Assembly (NCBI GenBank): GCA_001179505.1
Contig: CDMY01000061.1
Coordinates: forward strand, 62,001 to 126,000
DNA: 64,000 nucleotides
Origin: Vitrella brassicaformis CCMP3155
Taxonomy: Eukaryota > Protista > Chromerida
Direction: 5' to 3'
Shown here: in pieces, positions 24,760 through 38,191 of the stretch
How the letters are laid out: every line of letters begins with the position of its first letter
How positions within the stretch are numbered: position 1 is the first letter of the stretch
Notes under the pieces: generated by a model
The model's input: the letters and a program-made list of their open reading frames with translations, nothing else
Told to the model about the DNA's origin: nothing
Database searches by the model: none
Program-made: the position numbers and the translations under genes

Positions 24760-27700
24760 ATGCGTCCTTGGTCAACTCCCCATTCCACCCCTCCCTGTGT
24801 TGACCCCCTAGAGCATGAGATCCGCAAGTACGAGCTGCCGCAAAGCAATACTCTACCGGCCATTCAACACATCCGCCAGCTCAACACCGCCATCCAGCGA
24901 CTGATTCTCGACGTCATGGGCGGCGACACCCCCAATGGCGGCAAAGGAGGGCTGACGGGGTGGCTCAACCCTCTGGGCGGGCCTGGGGAGAGGTGGGGGG
25001 AGGGCATGAGGGCGCTCTTCCGGCAGATACGCAGCTGCCTCTTGCTGGGATTCAGAAGGTACGGTGACATGACAGGACATGCATCAATCACGTTCTTCAG
25101 GCACGGTGCGGTGCACCAAGTAGGTCATCGATGTTTTGGTGTGTGGTTGTGTTGTGTTGTGTGCAGGTACCAGGACGTGATAGACGATGCGGTGTTCCTG
25201 CTGGTGGTGCCCGAGTACCTGGAGCACCTGGACGCCGACCTGCACCTGCTGATCTTCCTGTGTGTCAACAAGCGCCTGGTGGCGTTCATCAACGAGCTCT
25301 TCCACGACGAGGGACGGATGCAGCACTTCTACGAGGTCAGTCAGCGGTTGCAGCACACACCGGACGGACCGAGGGGATAGATTGTGTGTGTGTGTGTGTG
25401 TGTGCAGTCGTGGGCTGTGTTGCGTGATGAGGAGCTCTTCCTGTCCTTCACTTCGGCACTGATGGGTCAGTGAGTGAGTGGGGTGGGTGCTCGCACGATA
25501 CTGTCTGTATCTAATCGCTTCCTTCATCTGGGTGCCCTCCCGTGTGGTGTGCCTGTCAGCATTGGAGACCCTCAACTTTGCCAGTCCGCCGGAGCTGTCG
25601 TCCAAGTTTGTCGCACTCGCCATTAAGAATATCAAACTGGTCAGTGAGGGACACACACGCGCGGGACGGGACACGGTATGTGTGTCGATAGGTACGGGCC
25701 ATTTGATGTAATGTAATGTGTATGTGTATGTGTGTGTGTGTGTGTAGCGTCCGTTGAAGGTCGACCTCAACCGCATGAAGGCCCGAAACGGCATTGAACC
25801 GCAGCCTGTAGAAGGTACGCTCTCAGCGCTTCGGTCTCTTATGTGTGCATGTGCCTGTCTGTGTCTGTGTCTGTGTGTGTCTGTGTGTGATGTGATGTGT
25901 GCTGTGCAGATCGGAACAAGCCCATCTCTGACTTCTTTCTCACCTGCGAGGCCTGCAAGCTGGGCCTCGGCCACGGACCCACAGGTTGGTTACCTACGTC
26001 TGGTCTGCCGGCTGGTCGATAGATACACTCACTCACTCACCGACCCACCTCCCCTTGCTTGTGCTTGGTTGTCTTGTCTTGTCTCTCAGCGCGTCCCTTC
26101 AGCTCGCCCCCTCCCCCTCCACCGCCCCAAGCAGTCGCTGCTGCTGCAGTCGCCAACGACAACAACAATGCTGCTGCGCTGCATCTGCATCCCATCGACG
26201 AGGAGGAGGAGGAGGAGGATGAATACGCCCGCAGCGCCGCCGACACGGACACGGACCTGTCGGCGGAGCGGCTCCTCACCGGTGATGACGTCGAGGAGGA
26301 TGAGGAGGGCCCGTGCCCACGGCGGTCGGTGACCGAGCCGGCCATCTCACATGGTGGCCCCTCCGATGGGGAGGGTGAGGGGTCTGAGGAGGAGGAGGAG
26401 GAGGAGGACGGCGTCGACGAGCCCGGCCGCAAGAGTGAGGGCGACAGTCCATCGCCATACACAGAAGATGATGGTGTTGATCTGCCCGTCTCCCTCCTGG
26501 CACCCGGCGTGTCCGAGTTATCACCCGACACACCCTCACTTGGCCACGAGCTGGGCAAGTATGCTGCTCGAGAAGCCGATGAGCCGCCCATGCTGCCCGA
26601 GAGCGATCCAGGCATTATCCCGCCATCCCACGAAGCGCCGACAGGAGCGGGCGAGACCACCCACGAGGACACCGCAACTAACGACCAGGACAGCCCGCTG
26701 CTCCGTCTCGACGATGAGACGCCATGGGACGAGGGGGCCTCACTGACCTCACAGCACCATCACGCTGCCATCCATCAGCCCCTCTTAGCAGCGGGCAGCG
26801 GCACCCACGACCTGCTGTCGATGGACCAAGACGAACTCGCGGCCGTCTTCTCTTCCGCAGGCACGGCCGAGGCGCCTGTCCCACCGCCCACGGCGGCAGG
26901 GAGAGAGGAGCAGGAGCGGCCGAGCAGCAGCGAGGGCGAGATCATTGTCGATCTGGAGAATGAGGAGGGGGAGGGGGAAGGCGTGGAGACCCTGCTGGAG
27001 CTGACCGATAGTATCGCACCTCCATCGCCATCGCCATCGCCGTCGACCCCTGATGCGGCCCCGCTCCCCCCTCCCAATCCCCATTCCCCGCCCCCTGCCG
27101 CTCCCAAGAATCCCCTGCAGGACCTCTTCGCCAATGTCCACGGCGAGGGGGACGAGGGCGAGGCCGAGGAGTCGCCTGGTGACACGTCCTCCTTCTTCAG
27201 TGTGCTGCCGGCTCCATCGCCGCCACTGGTGTCCCGCGACACCGATGCGCGCCCGGGTGTCTGCCTGCCCCCACCCGGCGTGTCGCTGGCGAGCGCCCTG
27301 TCTGAGCGAGAGCGGTTCCTGGCCCTGACGCAGCACTACGGCGAGCAGCAGCGGTGCGACAGCCTCTCGCTGTCAGCCACGGGGGGCAGCAGCCACAGCC
27401 ATGAGAGGGACCTCCCTCCGTCCCCCAGTGGCAGCAGCATCAGCATCAGTGGTGGGGGCAGCAGCAAGCCCACGTTTTCAGAGGTGTATGAGATCCATCG
27501 CAAGCTCAACCTGCCGCCGGCGTACCTGCTGCCGACTGCCGACGTGCCTGCGGGTGATGGGGGGGATGAGGACACGACCACGGCACCGCCACCCCTTGCT
27601 GCGTCGAGTAGTGATGAGAAGAAGCAGCAGCAGCTGCAGCATGGGGTGAGTGTCGAGGAGGGGCCTTCCGTGTCTGTGAAGGCTGGTGGCCGCAAGAGGG

Positions 27701-29792
27701 AGAGGGATGATGGGCCGGGGGAAAGGCGTGAGGGGGAGAGGGAGGCGTCGAGTAGTGCTGGAGGTGGTGGTGGTGGTGGTGGTGGTCGGGCGGATGAGCC
27801 CTGGAGCACTTCAGAGGCCCTCAGAGAGGAGGCCAGGAGAAAGTAAGATAGATAAAGGCATGCATACCAATCAAGGATACACATTGACAGACATTGAGAC
27901 TACGCCCATCGGGATGGATGTGTGCGTGCAGGTGTGAGTCGTCCTTCTTGCCTGCTCCGTATGGTGTGCACGTCAAGTGGGACCTCACGCCATACCCACA
28001 GCCATGGAAGGCCACGCAAGTGGCCAAACAACGCGGCAAATGCCCGGGGTGAGCAAACAAGCGGCACCAAAACCAGCCGATATAGCATAGCAGCCCTTTG
28101 TGCCTCTGTGTGTGGTGGTGTTTGTTTAGTTGTGGGTGCGTGCTGTCTAAGTCGCTGCTGGCTCCGCCCCGGTACTGTCATTACACGGGCTACTACTACT
28201 GCAGCGAGTGCCACCGCAACGACGTCCGACTCATCCCCGCACTCGTCGTCAACGAGTGGGATTTCATGCCCAGAAAGGTAGGTACCACACCGACGACAGC
28301 ACAGATGCGTCACGGGGTCGTGTTCTGCTGTGGGTGCTGTTTGTGCTGTGTACAGGTGTGTCGTTGCGTGGCGTCTTTCCTCGACACGGTTCAGTCGCAG
28401 CCCTTGATTGCCATCAGCGACATACACCCTAGCGTCAAGGTCGGTCGGTCGGTCGGGCGAAGAGGAGAAAGTGGGGGAGAGAGGGTCCTTCACACCGTAT
28501 TGCTGTGTGAGTGTGTAGGTGCATCAGCGGTGCATATCTGAGGTGCATTTCCTGAGGCGGCAGCTGCAGGGCATCCGATCTATCGTCCAGACCTGCTCAC
28601 AGAAAGCCGCTTTCGACAAAGAGCTCCACGTGAGTCACGTGGCACGATCGACACGCCCACCACGACACACATGACATGCACTGACCGACTCTCCTGCCCT
28701 GACACGCTTGCCTTGCTTCTGTGTCGGTCGCTTCAACAGCGTCTGGAGCCGCACATCCGCAGCACGGCCCACCTCTACTCCATCAAAAACCTCGTGTCGA
28801 TAGCCACTGGTGAGTCATCCACCCACACACATACCTTGACTCGGCACACGCGGAAATGGATGACTCTCTCTGCCTGTATCCCTGATCCATCCACCCATCC
28901 ATCCATCCCTCCCTCGTCCCACAGATGCGGCTGGCGGCCCTCAGCCCCCCATGCTGTCACTTGGTGTGAGTCCAAAGGGCTCGTTCCCCATGGGGGGTGC
29001 GATGATGACGCGCCATGGCGGTTTGCGTGAGAAGCTGCTGCAGATCAACCGCAGATGGATACGGCACATACTCACGGTTAGAGAGCCACCCAAGTTGGGT
29101 GTCTGGCGTGTGTCTTCCTTCTCCATTTGTCTGCATGACATGTCTATGTGTCTGTGTGTGTGTGCAGTGTTCGTTGTGTGTGACGCACGGCCACCTCTGC
29201 TCGATCTGTGCTCATCGGCAGCCCCTGTTCGCGTACGATGTGGCCGTCTACCACGAATGTGAAACCTGCAAGGTAACGTGGAGCATGCCATGCCATGAAT
29301 CCATGCCATGCACCCACTTACCACTGACCCCTGACATGACAAGATGTCTGTCTGTCTGTCTGTCTGTCGGCGATCCCTCTGCAGTGTGTGTTCCACCGGG
29401 CTTGTTTCCGGAGGTCAGCCGGCTGCCCCACGTGTTTCCGACGGCCCCCACCACACACCACCGCCAGGCACACACACACACCCGCATCCGCATCCGCATC
29501 GCCATCAGCAGCGGCGGCCAAAGCACCACCCCACGCACTCATGGTGACTGCCTCCCTCTCCTCACCCTCCTCTCGCACCAGCAGCAGCAAGAGCGGCTGC
29601 AGCCCCTCACACCCATCGCCATCCCTGGCCCGCAAGCTGCCCGAGCGATTCGACATTTACACCCCCGACAAGGATGACATTATTGCCGACGGGCATGGGG
29701 ATGTGGCCACACCGCAGAGCACCACTGTGAGTGGAGCGGCAGACAGCGAGAAGAGCCAGGGAAGCTCAGGAGGGGACGGGTCGACGGAATGA
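24760..29792 (+). CDS. RUN-like + Rubicon-homology (DUF4206/zf-RING_9) protein, PLEKHM1/Rubicon/DEF8-like; start codon uncertain
   Basis: C-terminal exons PRYCHYTGYYYCSECH...IPALVVNEWDF.PRK|VC; LYSIKNLV; HILT|CSLCVTHGHLCSIC...LFAYD...CETCK|VFHRACF...CPTC reproduce the Rubicon-homology Zn ligands. N-terminal LCVNKRLVAFINELFHDEGRMQHFYE resembles the RUN domain C-terminus. Long acidic exon 26089-27842. Confidence 0.85.
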
Positions 29793-30605
29793 TAGATAGG
29801 AGGGCAGTGCTAGCTGAGCTGCCGGACGGCCTGTGAAACCAGGGTATTCTCGCTCGCTTCGTTTGCTGTAGTGTCTGTCTGCGTGTGGGGCTCAGCTGCC
29901 TTTTTTCGCTGTCGTGTGTAAGGTAAGGTCTGTACGTCCCGCCCGTCCCTATCGAGCCAGTCGTTTTCGCGTTTTGTATGTTCGTTCGTCGTGCCCGGCA
30001 ATTTTCGCTCAGTCGTGTCGGCCCCTCGTCCCTCCCGTGTGTGTCGGTGTGTGTGTCGCATGTGCGTGTGGTGCATAAGGTAGGTGCTCTCGCGTATAAG
30101 GACCCCGTCCGTATGCATTGCAAGACAGACATACATACATACATGTCCTTACGTATCGATGGACGACGGATGAATGGATAAACAGGCCTGCCTGATGGAT
30201 TATACATACAAAACGTCCCGTCCCTTCCCATGTCCCGTTCCCCCCGGTCAATCAGATCACAACACCAATACCGTCTTGACAGTGTCATAGTATAGCACAT
30301 CCCATGCGCATCGCATATATCGATCACATCCTCAGCCAATTGATGTACACATCTACGTATGTATGTGTGGGGACGTACGTGTGCATCAGCCAGCAATAGG
30401 CAGGCAGGCAAGCGCCGCCCTTTGGCGTGCTGCGTACATTCAATCATGCAGGCAGGCAGGCAGCCACTTATCCTATGAATCCAGATGAATACTGAAGACA
30501 CGCAGGGGAGGGAGAGGGCCGATCACTCACAAGACTACAAAACCTCTGTGTGTACATAAAAGCGCAAGCATCTCGTCGGCGCACACAAACGTCCCGCTCC
30601 CCGGT

Positions 30606-31488
30606 TCACGGGGTAGGTGGTGCCAGCACGGGCAGCGTGTCACTGATGCCGACGTCAACGCCCTCGATGTCGATAGCCGGGCTGGGGACGCACTCGCCCG
30701 TGTGCTCGAACACCACCAGCTGGTACTCACACGGCCCCTCGACGCAGAAGGCCACGATGTCAAGGCCGTAGCTGCCATCGATCTGAGAGGTGTCAACGAT
30801 GACCACGTCCTCGAACGTGTCCACCTCACCGTCTGATTCATTTTCTGACAGGACCTCCGTTCTGAGGCAACACAGCACGTACGAGCAGAGGGAATGGTAT
30901 GCATAATCGGTTGGTTCTGCTGGTCCGCGCATACATACCCGGTGAAGTAGTCCGTCACACTCAGGTCGCTGTTGCCAACGCCCGTTGAATCAAGGGCCAC
31001 AACAAAGAAGTCCGCCACGTCAGCGCTATCGAAATAACTGCCCCACCGCCCATCACGCAGCAGACACACACATCCACAGGTACAGGTTGAGATTCGAGTC
31101 AACCAACTCTCTCTGCCACACGTACGTACAAGCTAAAGATCTCGCCAAAGCCCTCGTCCACCTGTCTGTCGCCGCTGATGGTTCGTCTCCCGCCGGGACA
31201 GGGGACCTGCTCCGGCAGCGTGTCGTTCCCCTGGCGAGACGGCGTGCCGTCCACATTGTCCTTCAGGTTTACTCTGTTTTTCTGGCTGTGCAGCAGGCCT
31301 TCGAGGTCATTCAGCACTTTGCGCAGGTCGCGCAAGAGCTTCAGTTGGGTCGTCTCGCCGAACGCCCTTGTGCCCTTCATCGTCAAAACGAATCTCGGCT
31401 TGCCTTCCTCGGCAGCATCGCCGGCCATGATCTGAGCCACCGGTGCGGCAGTCGCCGCAAGCATCAGCAGGATGCTTCCTGTGTGCAT
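30606..31488 (-). CDS. Secreted acidic protein with possible PPC-like beta-sandwich domain, 3-4 exons
   Basis: Signal-like MHTGSILLMLAATAAPVAQIMA. C-terminal FFVVALDSTGVGNSDLSVTDY...EVLSENESDG...VVIVDTSQIDGSYGLDIVAF...EYQLVV resembles the bacterial pre-peptidase C-terminal pattern (by eye). Stop at 30606. Confidence 0.55.
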
Positions 31489-31636
31489 GATCAGTGCGGG
31501 CAAAAAGTCGAGATGCTGTAAATTGAGTCGTAACGGTCAACGGATCCCGTACGGTGTGGTATCCCCCATCGAAGGGAGGCAGGAGGCTGTTTAATTAGAA
31601 GGGACATCTGACGAGGCGAGGGGAGGGTACCACATC

Positions 31637-34600
31637 ATGCGGGCCTATCTCTCGCTGATTTTGATCCTGGGGGTGTGCTTCTCGCAGCATGCACACTCCC
31701 AGGCCGCCACAGATGCAGCCAGCGCTGCCCCATCGGCAGCCAGCGCTCGGATGGCGCTGAAACCGCCTTCCAAGGCGAAAGCGCCAGCAGCGGCCAAGCC
31801 ACCGGCAGGCGTCGTTGCGTCATCTAACAGCACGACGGTGTCAGGGGAGGAGCCGCCACGGGGGGTCGTCGTCCCGCCAGGGAGCAACGATGAGGACCTG
31901 CCACCGCCGCCAGAGAAAGAGGTGGGAGGGCAGGCAGGGAGGGAGGGAACAATCGTGAAGACAAACGTTCGATGACGTCTGTGGCTCTGTGGTTGGATGT
32001 GATGTGCAGATGGCGCCCCCGATGACATTGCTGGAGATCATCCAGAAGGAGGATGTAAGACTTTGAGGACATAACTTCTGCCTGCCGATCTTGTCTTCCA
32101 TTGTGCTCTTTGTTGGTCTGTCGGGTGGGTTGGTCAGGCGTTCAGCCAATTCGAGAAGGCCATCAACGCCTCTGGAGCGCTCAAGGACCTGAAGGTCGAT
32201 GGAAACATCACCATCTTCGCGCCCGAAAACAGGGCGTTCGAGAAGATGGGACCCATGTTCAAGAAACTCCTCAAGGAGGAGAACCTGGGACTGCTCAAAG
32301 ACGTACGGACACGTGAACACACACACAAACATAACAGAGAGAAATGGAGTGATCCACTCTTGCTCGGTGCTGGCTGCGCTGCGCTTTGGTTCAGATTGTG
32401 TTGTACCACGTGGTGCCCGCCAAGGCGAGTTCCAAAGCGATCGTCAAGGCGCTGCAGGGGTTCGCGGCCATCGGTGTTGACACACTCGAGGGGCAGAAGT
32501 TCAACATCACGGCCCAGCGTGGCATGCTCAACCTCAACAGCGACGCCATCGTCACGGCAATCGACCTCCACGGCACCAACGGCTACATGCACGTCATCGA
32601 CAGAGTCCTCACACCACCAAACATGGCGGTACGTACCGTACGCACACAGCCTACAAGAGACTCACGTGCCGATCAGCCCATTGTCTCGCCTTCTTCATAT
32701 CGGTAGGCCCCTGTTGGCCGTCGGGCATTGGAGGCGGCTCCGGCTCCCCGTCGTGGCCTTGAGACGTACGACGGCACACTCATTGAATTCATCAAGGCCA
32801 ACGTAAGACTATCGGTCGGCACCACATGCCTGCCGACGTCCAGCAGTCCAGCACAGTACGTACCTGTGCTGTGTGTGCATCTCCTCCGATGCATGCAATG
32901 CAATGCAATGCAATGCAGGACGACATGAGCACGTTGGCTGACTTGCTCGACAAATCGGGGCTGATGGACGCTTTGGAGGGCTATCCACAGGCCCTGACCA
33001 TGTTCGCTCCCGAGAACTCCGCTTTCGAAGCCGTCCAGGCCGAGTCTGACAAGATCCTGTCGCTTCTGGGCACCCCAGCCGGTGTTCCCATCCTGCGCAG
33101 CATACTGCAATACCACATAGCCGGTGGCAATGCGACGACTAGCGCCATTCGTGAGCTGATGGCCAACACCACCGACAGCAATCACCTCGAGATCCCGTCC
33201 GCCATCCAGATGGCCATCAGCATCGACTTGGCTGACGCGGCCGACGAGCTGCACATCAACAACGACACGAACGTGACCACTGCGGACGTCATAGTGTCCA
33301 ACGGCGTGGTGCACCAGATCGACGGACTGCTGCTGCCGCCGGGGCTGGAGATCAAGATCCTCGAGTCGGCTATCCAGGAGGCCAACATCAGAATGGAGGA
33401 GCTCAAGAAACAGCGTGCGGCCGGAAACATCACTCTGGAAGCGAGGGAGAAGGTGGGCCGCTGGGTGGATGGGTGGGTGGGATGAGCACACTATCATGCA
33501 TCGCATCGACGGTGGGTATATTTGGTACTGCTTGCATTGCAGCCTCCCCCGCGACGGCTGCAAGAACCTCAGACGCTCACGGACATCATTGCTTTGAGGG
33601 TAAGCAGCAGCAAAGCTGGACACATGGTCAAGTCAAGTGAGCGGCTGAGTCTTTCTTTCTCTCGTTCCGTATGTATCAGGAGGACCTGACGACACTGGAC
33701 AGCATGCTGGCGCTGGTGAACCTGACGCTGCCGCTTAGCACCCCCGGCCCCTTCACTGTCTTCGCCCCAACAAACGACGCCTTCGCCAAACTGGACGCAA
33801 ACCTGCTGGAGCTGCTGCAGTCGCCTGAGGGTCAGCCACTGCTCAACACCATCCTCCAGTACCACGTGCTGGCCGGCAACGCCACCCAGGAGGTCATTGG
33901 GATGATCCTCAAGAATGTCTCCAACATTGCCGTGGCGACGGCCGTGCAGATCCCCGTCTTCATCGAGTTCGACAACAGCACCACTGCCGAAGGGGACAAG
34001 ACGCTGCTGATCAACCAGGCAGCGCACGTCACTGACCCCGACCAAATCGCCCCCAACGGCATCGTCCATGTCATCGATGAGATGCTCGTGCCACCCGGCA
34101 TGAAGGTGAGTGACCGATCCACCCTGCAAGATGAATGGATGCGCCAACATTCCTAACCTTCTTCCCTGTTTGGTTGGGATATGACACGTACGTCCTTTCG
34201 TCAGGCTCAAGACATGGTGGCTCTTATCAAGAAGGCCCAGGAGGCTATCGCAGCAGCCACCCAGAACGCCACACAGCAAGCTGCTCCGCCGGCAGCTCCA
34301 CCGGCTACTCCGCCGGCTGCTGCGTCAGCCGTTGCGCCAGCCGCTGCACCAGGTGCTGCGCCAGCGACTGCACCGACTGCTGCGGCAGTACCGCAGCAGG
34401 GCGCTGCCTCCGTCGTTGCGCCAGCTGCTACGACAGCCGTGCAGGGACAGCCAGCGGCATCGGCTAACCTCGGTGTAAGCAGAGATGGGTGTAGCGGAAA
34501 GCGATAACGCTCACATCTTCCTTCCTCCTGTTCGGCTTGGCTTGTCTTGGCTTGGTGTTCATGTGTCTGCAGGCCTCCACACGTGTGCTGCAGGCCTCAG

Positions 34601-37600
34601 AGTCGGCAGAAGAACATGATGTCGAGTTGGAGGGCACTGTGGCTGGGATCATTGCGGAAGACGTAAGCGCCCTTGCCCCGGCCCCCTCAATACACACACA
34701 GACACGCACATGACGATGATTTGCTCATCCGTGGCTCGTGTCGTGATGTTGTTCTAGGAGGAGCTGGCAACTCTCCAGACCGCGCTTGAGAAGACGGGTC
34801 TGTTGGAGTCGCTCGCAGGCGAAGGCCCCTACACCATCCTGGCACCAACCGACGCCGCCTTTAAGACTCTTGGACCACTCGTGGACTTGCTGCTGACACC
34901 GGTTGGCCTTCCGCTGCTGTCGACCATCCTCAAGTACCACATCATTCCGGCCAACGCGACGTCTGACGTGCTGGTGGACGCTNNNNNNNNNNNNNNNNNN
35001 NNNNNNNNNNNNNNNNNNNNNNNNNNNNNNNNNNNNNNNNNNNNNNNNNNNNNNNNNNNNNNNNNNNNNNNNNNNNNNNNNNNNNNNNNNNNNNNNNNNN
35101 NNNNNNNNNNNNNNNNNNNNNNNNNNNNNNNNNNNNNNNNNNNNNNNNNNNNNNNNNNNNNNNNNNNNNNNNNNNNNNNNNNNNNNNNNNNNNNNNNNNN
35201 NNNNNNNNNNNNNNNNNNNNNNNNNNNNNNNNNNNNNNNNNNNNNNNNNNNNNNNNNNNNNNNNNNNNNNNNNNNNNNNNNNATGATGTCGAGTTGGAGG
35301 GCACTGTGGCTGGGATCATTGCGGAAGACGTAAGCGCCCTTGCCCCGGCCCCCTCAATACACACACATGTCGATGATCTGCTCATCCGTGCCTCGTGTCG
35401 TGATGCTTCCGTCTCTTGTTGCAGGGCGACCTAACCACCCTCAAAGCCGCGCTTGACGCGACGGATCTGCTGGATGACCTCGCAAACGACGGCCCCTTCA
35501 CCTTCCTGGCGCCAACCGACGAAGCCTTTGAGGCTCTTGGATCACTAGTAGACTTGCTGCTGACCCCGACGGGCCTTCCGCTGCTGTCGACCATCCTCAA
35601 GTACCACATCATTCCGGCCAACGCGACGTCTGACGTGCTGGTGGACGCTCTGAACGACACCAAGGCCATCAGCGCGCAGACCTTCATCCAAATTCCGGTC
35701 ATCATCAAGGAGGAGGACGGCGCGCTCATCGTCAACACGGGCGCCGAGGTGGTCGAGGCCGACCTGTTAGCAGACAATGGCGTCGTCCACAAGATCGACA
35801 AGGTCCTCATCCCGCCTGGACTCGCCGTAAGCATGCAACGCACAAAGAGACCAATCAACAACCGATCTACAGGGCAGACAGACAGACTGACTGACTGACT
35901 GAGGGACTGACGCCGCACGTCTGTGTCTCCGTGTGTGTGTTTGTGCCATGCAGCTCGCTGACCTCGAGAAGGCCCTCGAGCAAGCCATCGCCAATGTGGA
36001 GGCGGCAGAGAAGAACGGCACCAACGCCACCGAGCAGAGCGGAGCAGCAGAGTCCCCAGACGAGGCTGACGATGACGAGGTGAGACACGGGCTCTGTGCG
36101 CCGGTGTTCATCGACTTGACCTCTTGCTCCTTCCAGGCACCGGGTCGTGCGCTCCAAGAAGACGGGACTAATGCGACCAACACAACGACCAACATAACGG
36201 CCGAAGAGCTTAGTGACCTCCCCATCCCCGCATGCCTTGCAGCCCTGGTAAGCAAAGTGACACACGCTCGAATCGAATGCAGCTCCTAATTTATCTGCCT
36301 CTCCTACTTCCTGTGGCATTGCAGACTGACGAACTCGGGGAGGGACTGGTATGCAATCGACCATCAGATTTTGTGTGTCCAGCAGATCGTGACTTCGTGC
36401 TTACGTGTTCGTCTTGGTTCAGGGCTTTAGCACATTCCTGAAGCTGCTAGACTTGGCCGATCTGACCACCTTCTTTGCTACGGGCGGACCCTTTACCATG
36501 TTCGTGCCAACCGACGCAGCTTTCGCCGAAGTGCCGTTGAAGACTGCCGACCTCACAAGGCCGAACAAACGGCTTCTGCTGCAAGCGGTAAACAGCGGGA
36601 CATCACTTGTGGGCTTCAGGCATCGATTGATTGCATACTCCCATCGTTGCTGATTGCAGGTGTTGAAGTACCACGCGGTCGCTGCCAACGCTACCAACGA
36701 GGAGTTCGTCGACACGCTGGCTCCCTTTGGCGCAATGAAGGTGCAGACGCTCATCCTGGACGAGATCTTCTTCCGCATCAGCGGAGAGACAGAGGGCATC
36801 AGACTCAACTTGGGCGCGGATATCCTCCCGTCGACCAGCGACGTTGTGTGTGCTAATGGCATCGTCAATGCCATCGACGAGGTCCTCTATCCGGGCGGAT
36901 TGTCAGGCAGCCTCTTCAGCCTATTCGGGGTCAGCCTTCAGACACACAGACAGGGATACAGGGACACAGGACAAGCAACGGATGAATTGCTGATACTTGT
37001 TGGTTTGCTGCTTGCAGGGCGAAGATGAGGAGCTTCCCGAGGCCAAGTTGAGCGATGAGGAGAAGGAGGAGCTGTACCTGCTCAAGTCAACTGCCCAGAG
37101 TGTCCACCTCGACGACGACGACGACGACAGCACCATTGCTGCGGAGGAAGTCATGGCTAACGGCACGCTGGCTGCGGAGGGAGTCATGGCCAAGGGCGCA
37201 CTGACAAGCTGCAACAAAGTCAGTCACTCAGTCAGTCAGTGCCTCTGCACCAGCGACACAAGCAAGCATACGAACAGCGTGATTCCTTTTTCCTTTGTCA
37301 CTGCGCGTTTTTGCACAGACCGCAACCGCATCCCGCAAGCTTCAGAGCAGCACCAACTGGACAAACTCGACAGCGAGTGAGAAGACGGTTCTTGACGTCG
37401 CTGAGGAGGAGGTGAGTGAAGCACCTCACACAAAATGTTACAGGTTGATTCATCGCTCGATTTGCTTGCTTCTTCGTACGCGTGCAGGAGCTTTCCACGC
37501 TTGTCGAGGTCACCAATGTGGCAAAGCTGACGGACACACTCGAGGGAACCGGCCCGTTCACGCTTTTCGGTGAGCACTTTGTAAACAGCGAGCGAATTTA

Positions 37601-38191
37601 CAAATGGCCCTCCATGGTATGTTCTCAGCGCCGACCGACGCGGCTTTCAAGAGCTTGGGTTCGCTGATGGACCTGCTGCTTGAGGAGCAGAACCAGCCCA
37701 TCCTCCAGACCATCCTGCTCTACCACGTCGTGCCCGCCAATGCCACACACCAAGTCATCCATCAGGCGCTCGACGGCCACGATGAGATCACTGTCGGCAC
37801 CTTCCTGCCCGTGTCAATCACCGTCGAGCTGGACGGCAAGAACACCACCAACAGCACCCTGCTGCTCAACTCGGAGGCCAAGGAGGACAAGAAGAGACAG
37901 GATCTGCTCGCCTGCAATGGGGTCGTTCACGTCATCGACAAGGTCCTCATCCCGCCTGGCATCACAGTAAGCAGACAAACAGATCGACAAACGACGGACA
38001 GGTGCATGGGTGATGGTCCGTGTATGTGTCATGTGCAGCTGCCGACGGCTGACGATGAGGGCGCGACGCCCAAGGAGAGTGTGGCTGAGGCGTCAGATGC
38101 GGAAACAGCGCATGATCCGTCCGACAAGGCGACAGCCGAGGAGAGGAGACGGATGACATCCAGCAGGGGCGAGTTCCTTGCCTTCAGATGA
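31637..38191 (+). CDS. Secreted fasciclin protein with seven FAS1 domains (one interrupted by a gap)
   Basis: Signal peptide MRAYLSLILILGVCFSQHAHS. Seven copies of the T(I/V/M/F/L)FAP(T/E)(N/D)xAF ... LxYH(V/I) ... NG(V/I/Y)(V/M)HxIDxVLxPP motif set at about 32150-32625, 32920-33350, 33680-34100, 34760-gap, 35425-35825, 36420-36895 and 37490-37960. Many NxT/S sites; Ala/Pro-rich and acidic linkers. Confidence 0.92.
34616..35648 (+). repeat. Tandem duplication of an exon-intron-FAS1 unit (34616-34982 and 35283-35648) flanking a gap
   Basis: First ~84 bp (linker exon end plus intron start) and last ~75 bp are identical between copies; the middle of the FAS1 exon is diverged. Confidence 0.9.
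34983..35282. other. Assembly gap (300 N) inside duplicated FAS1 unit
   Basis: N run between two repeat copies. Confidence 0.99.
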
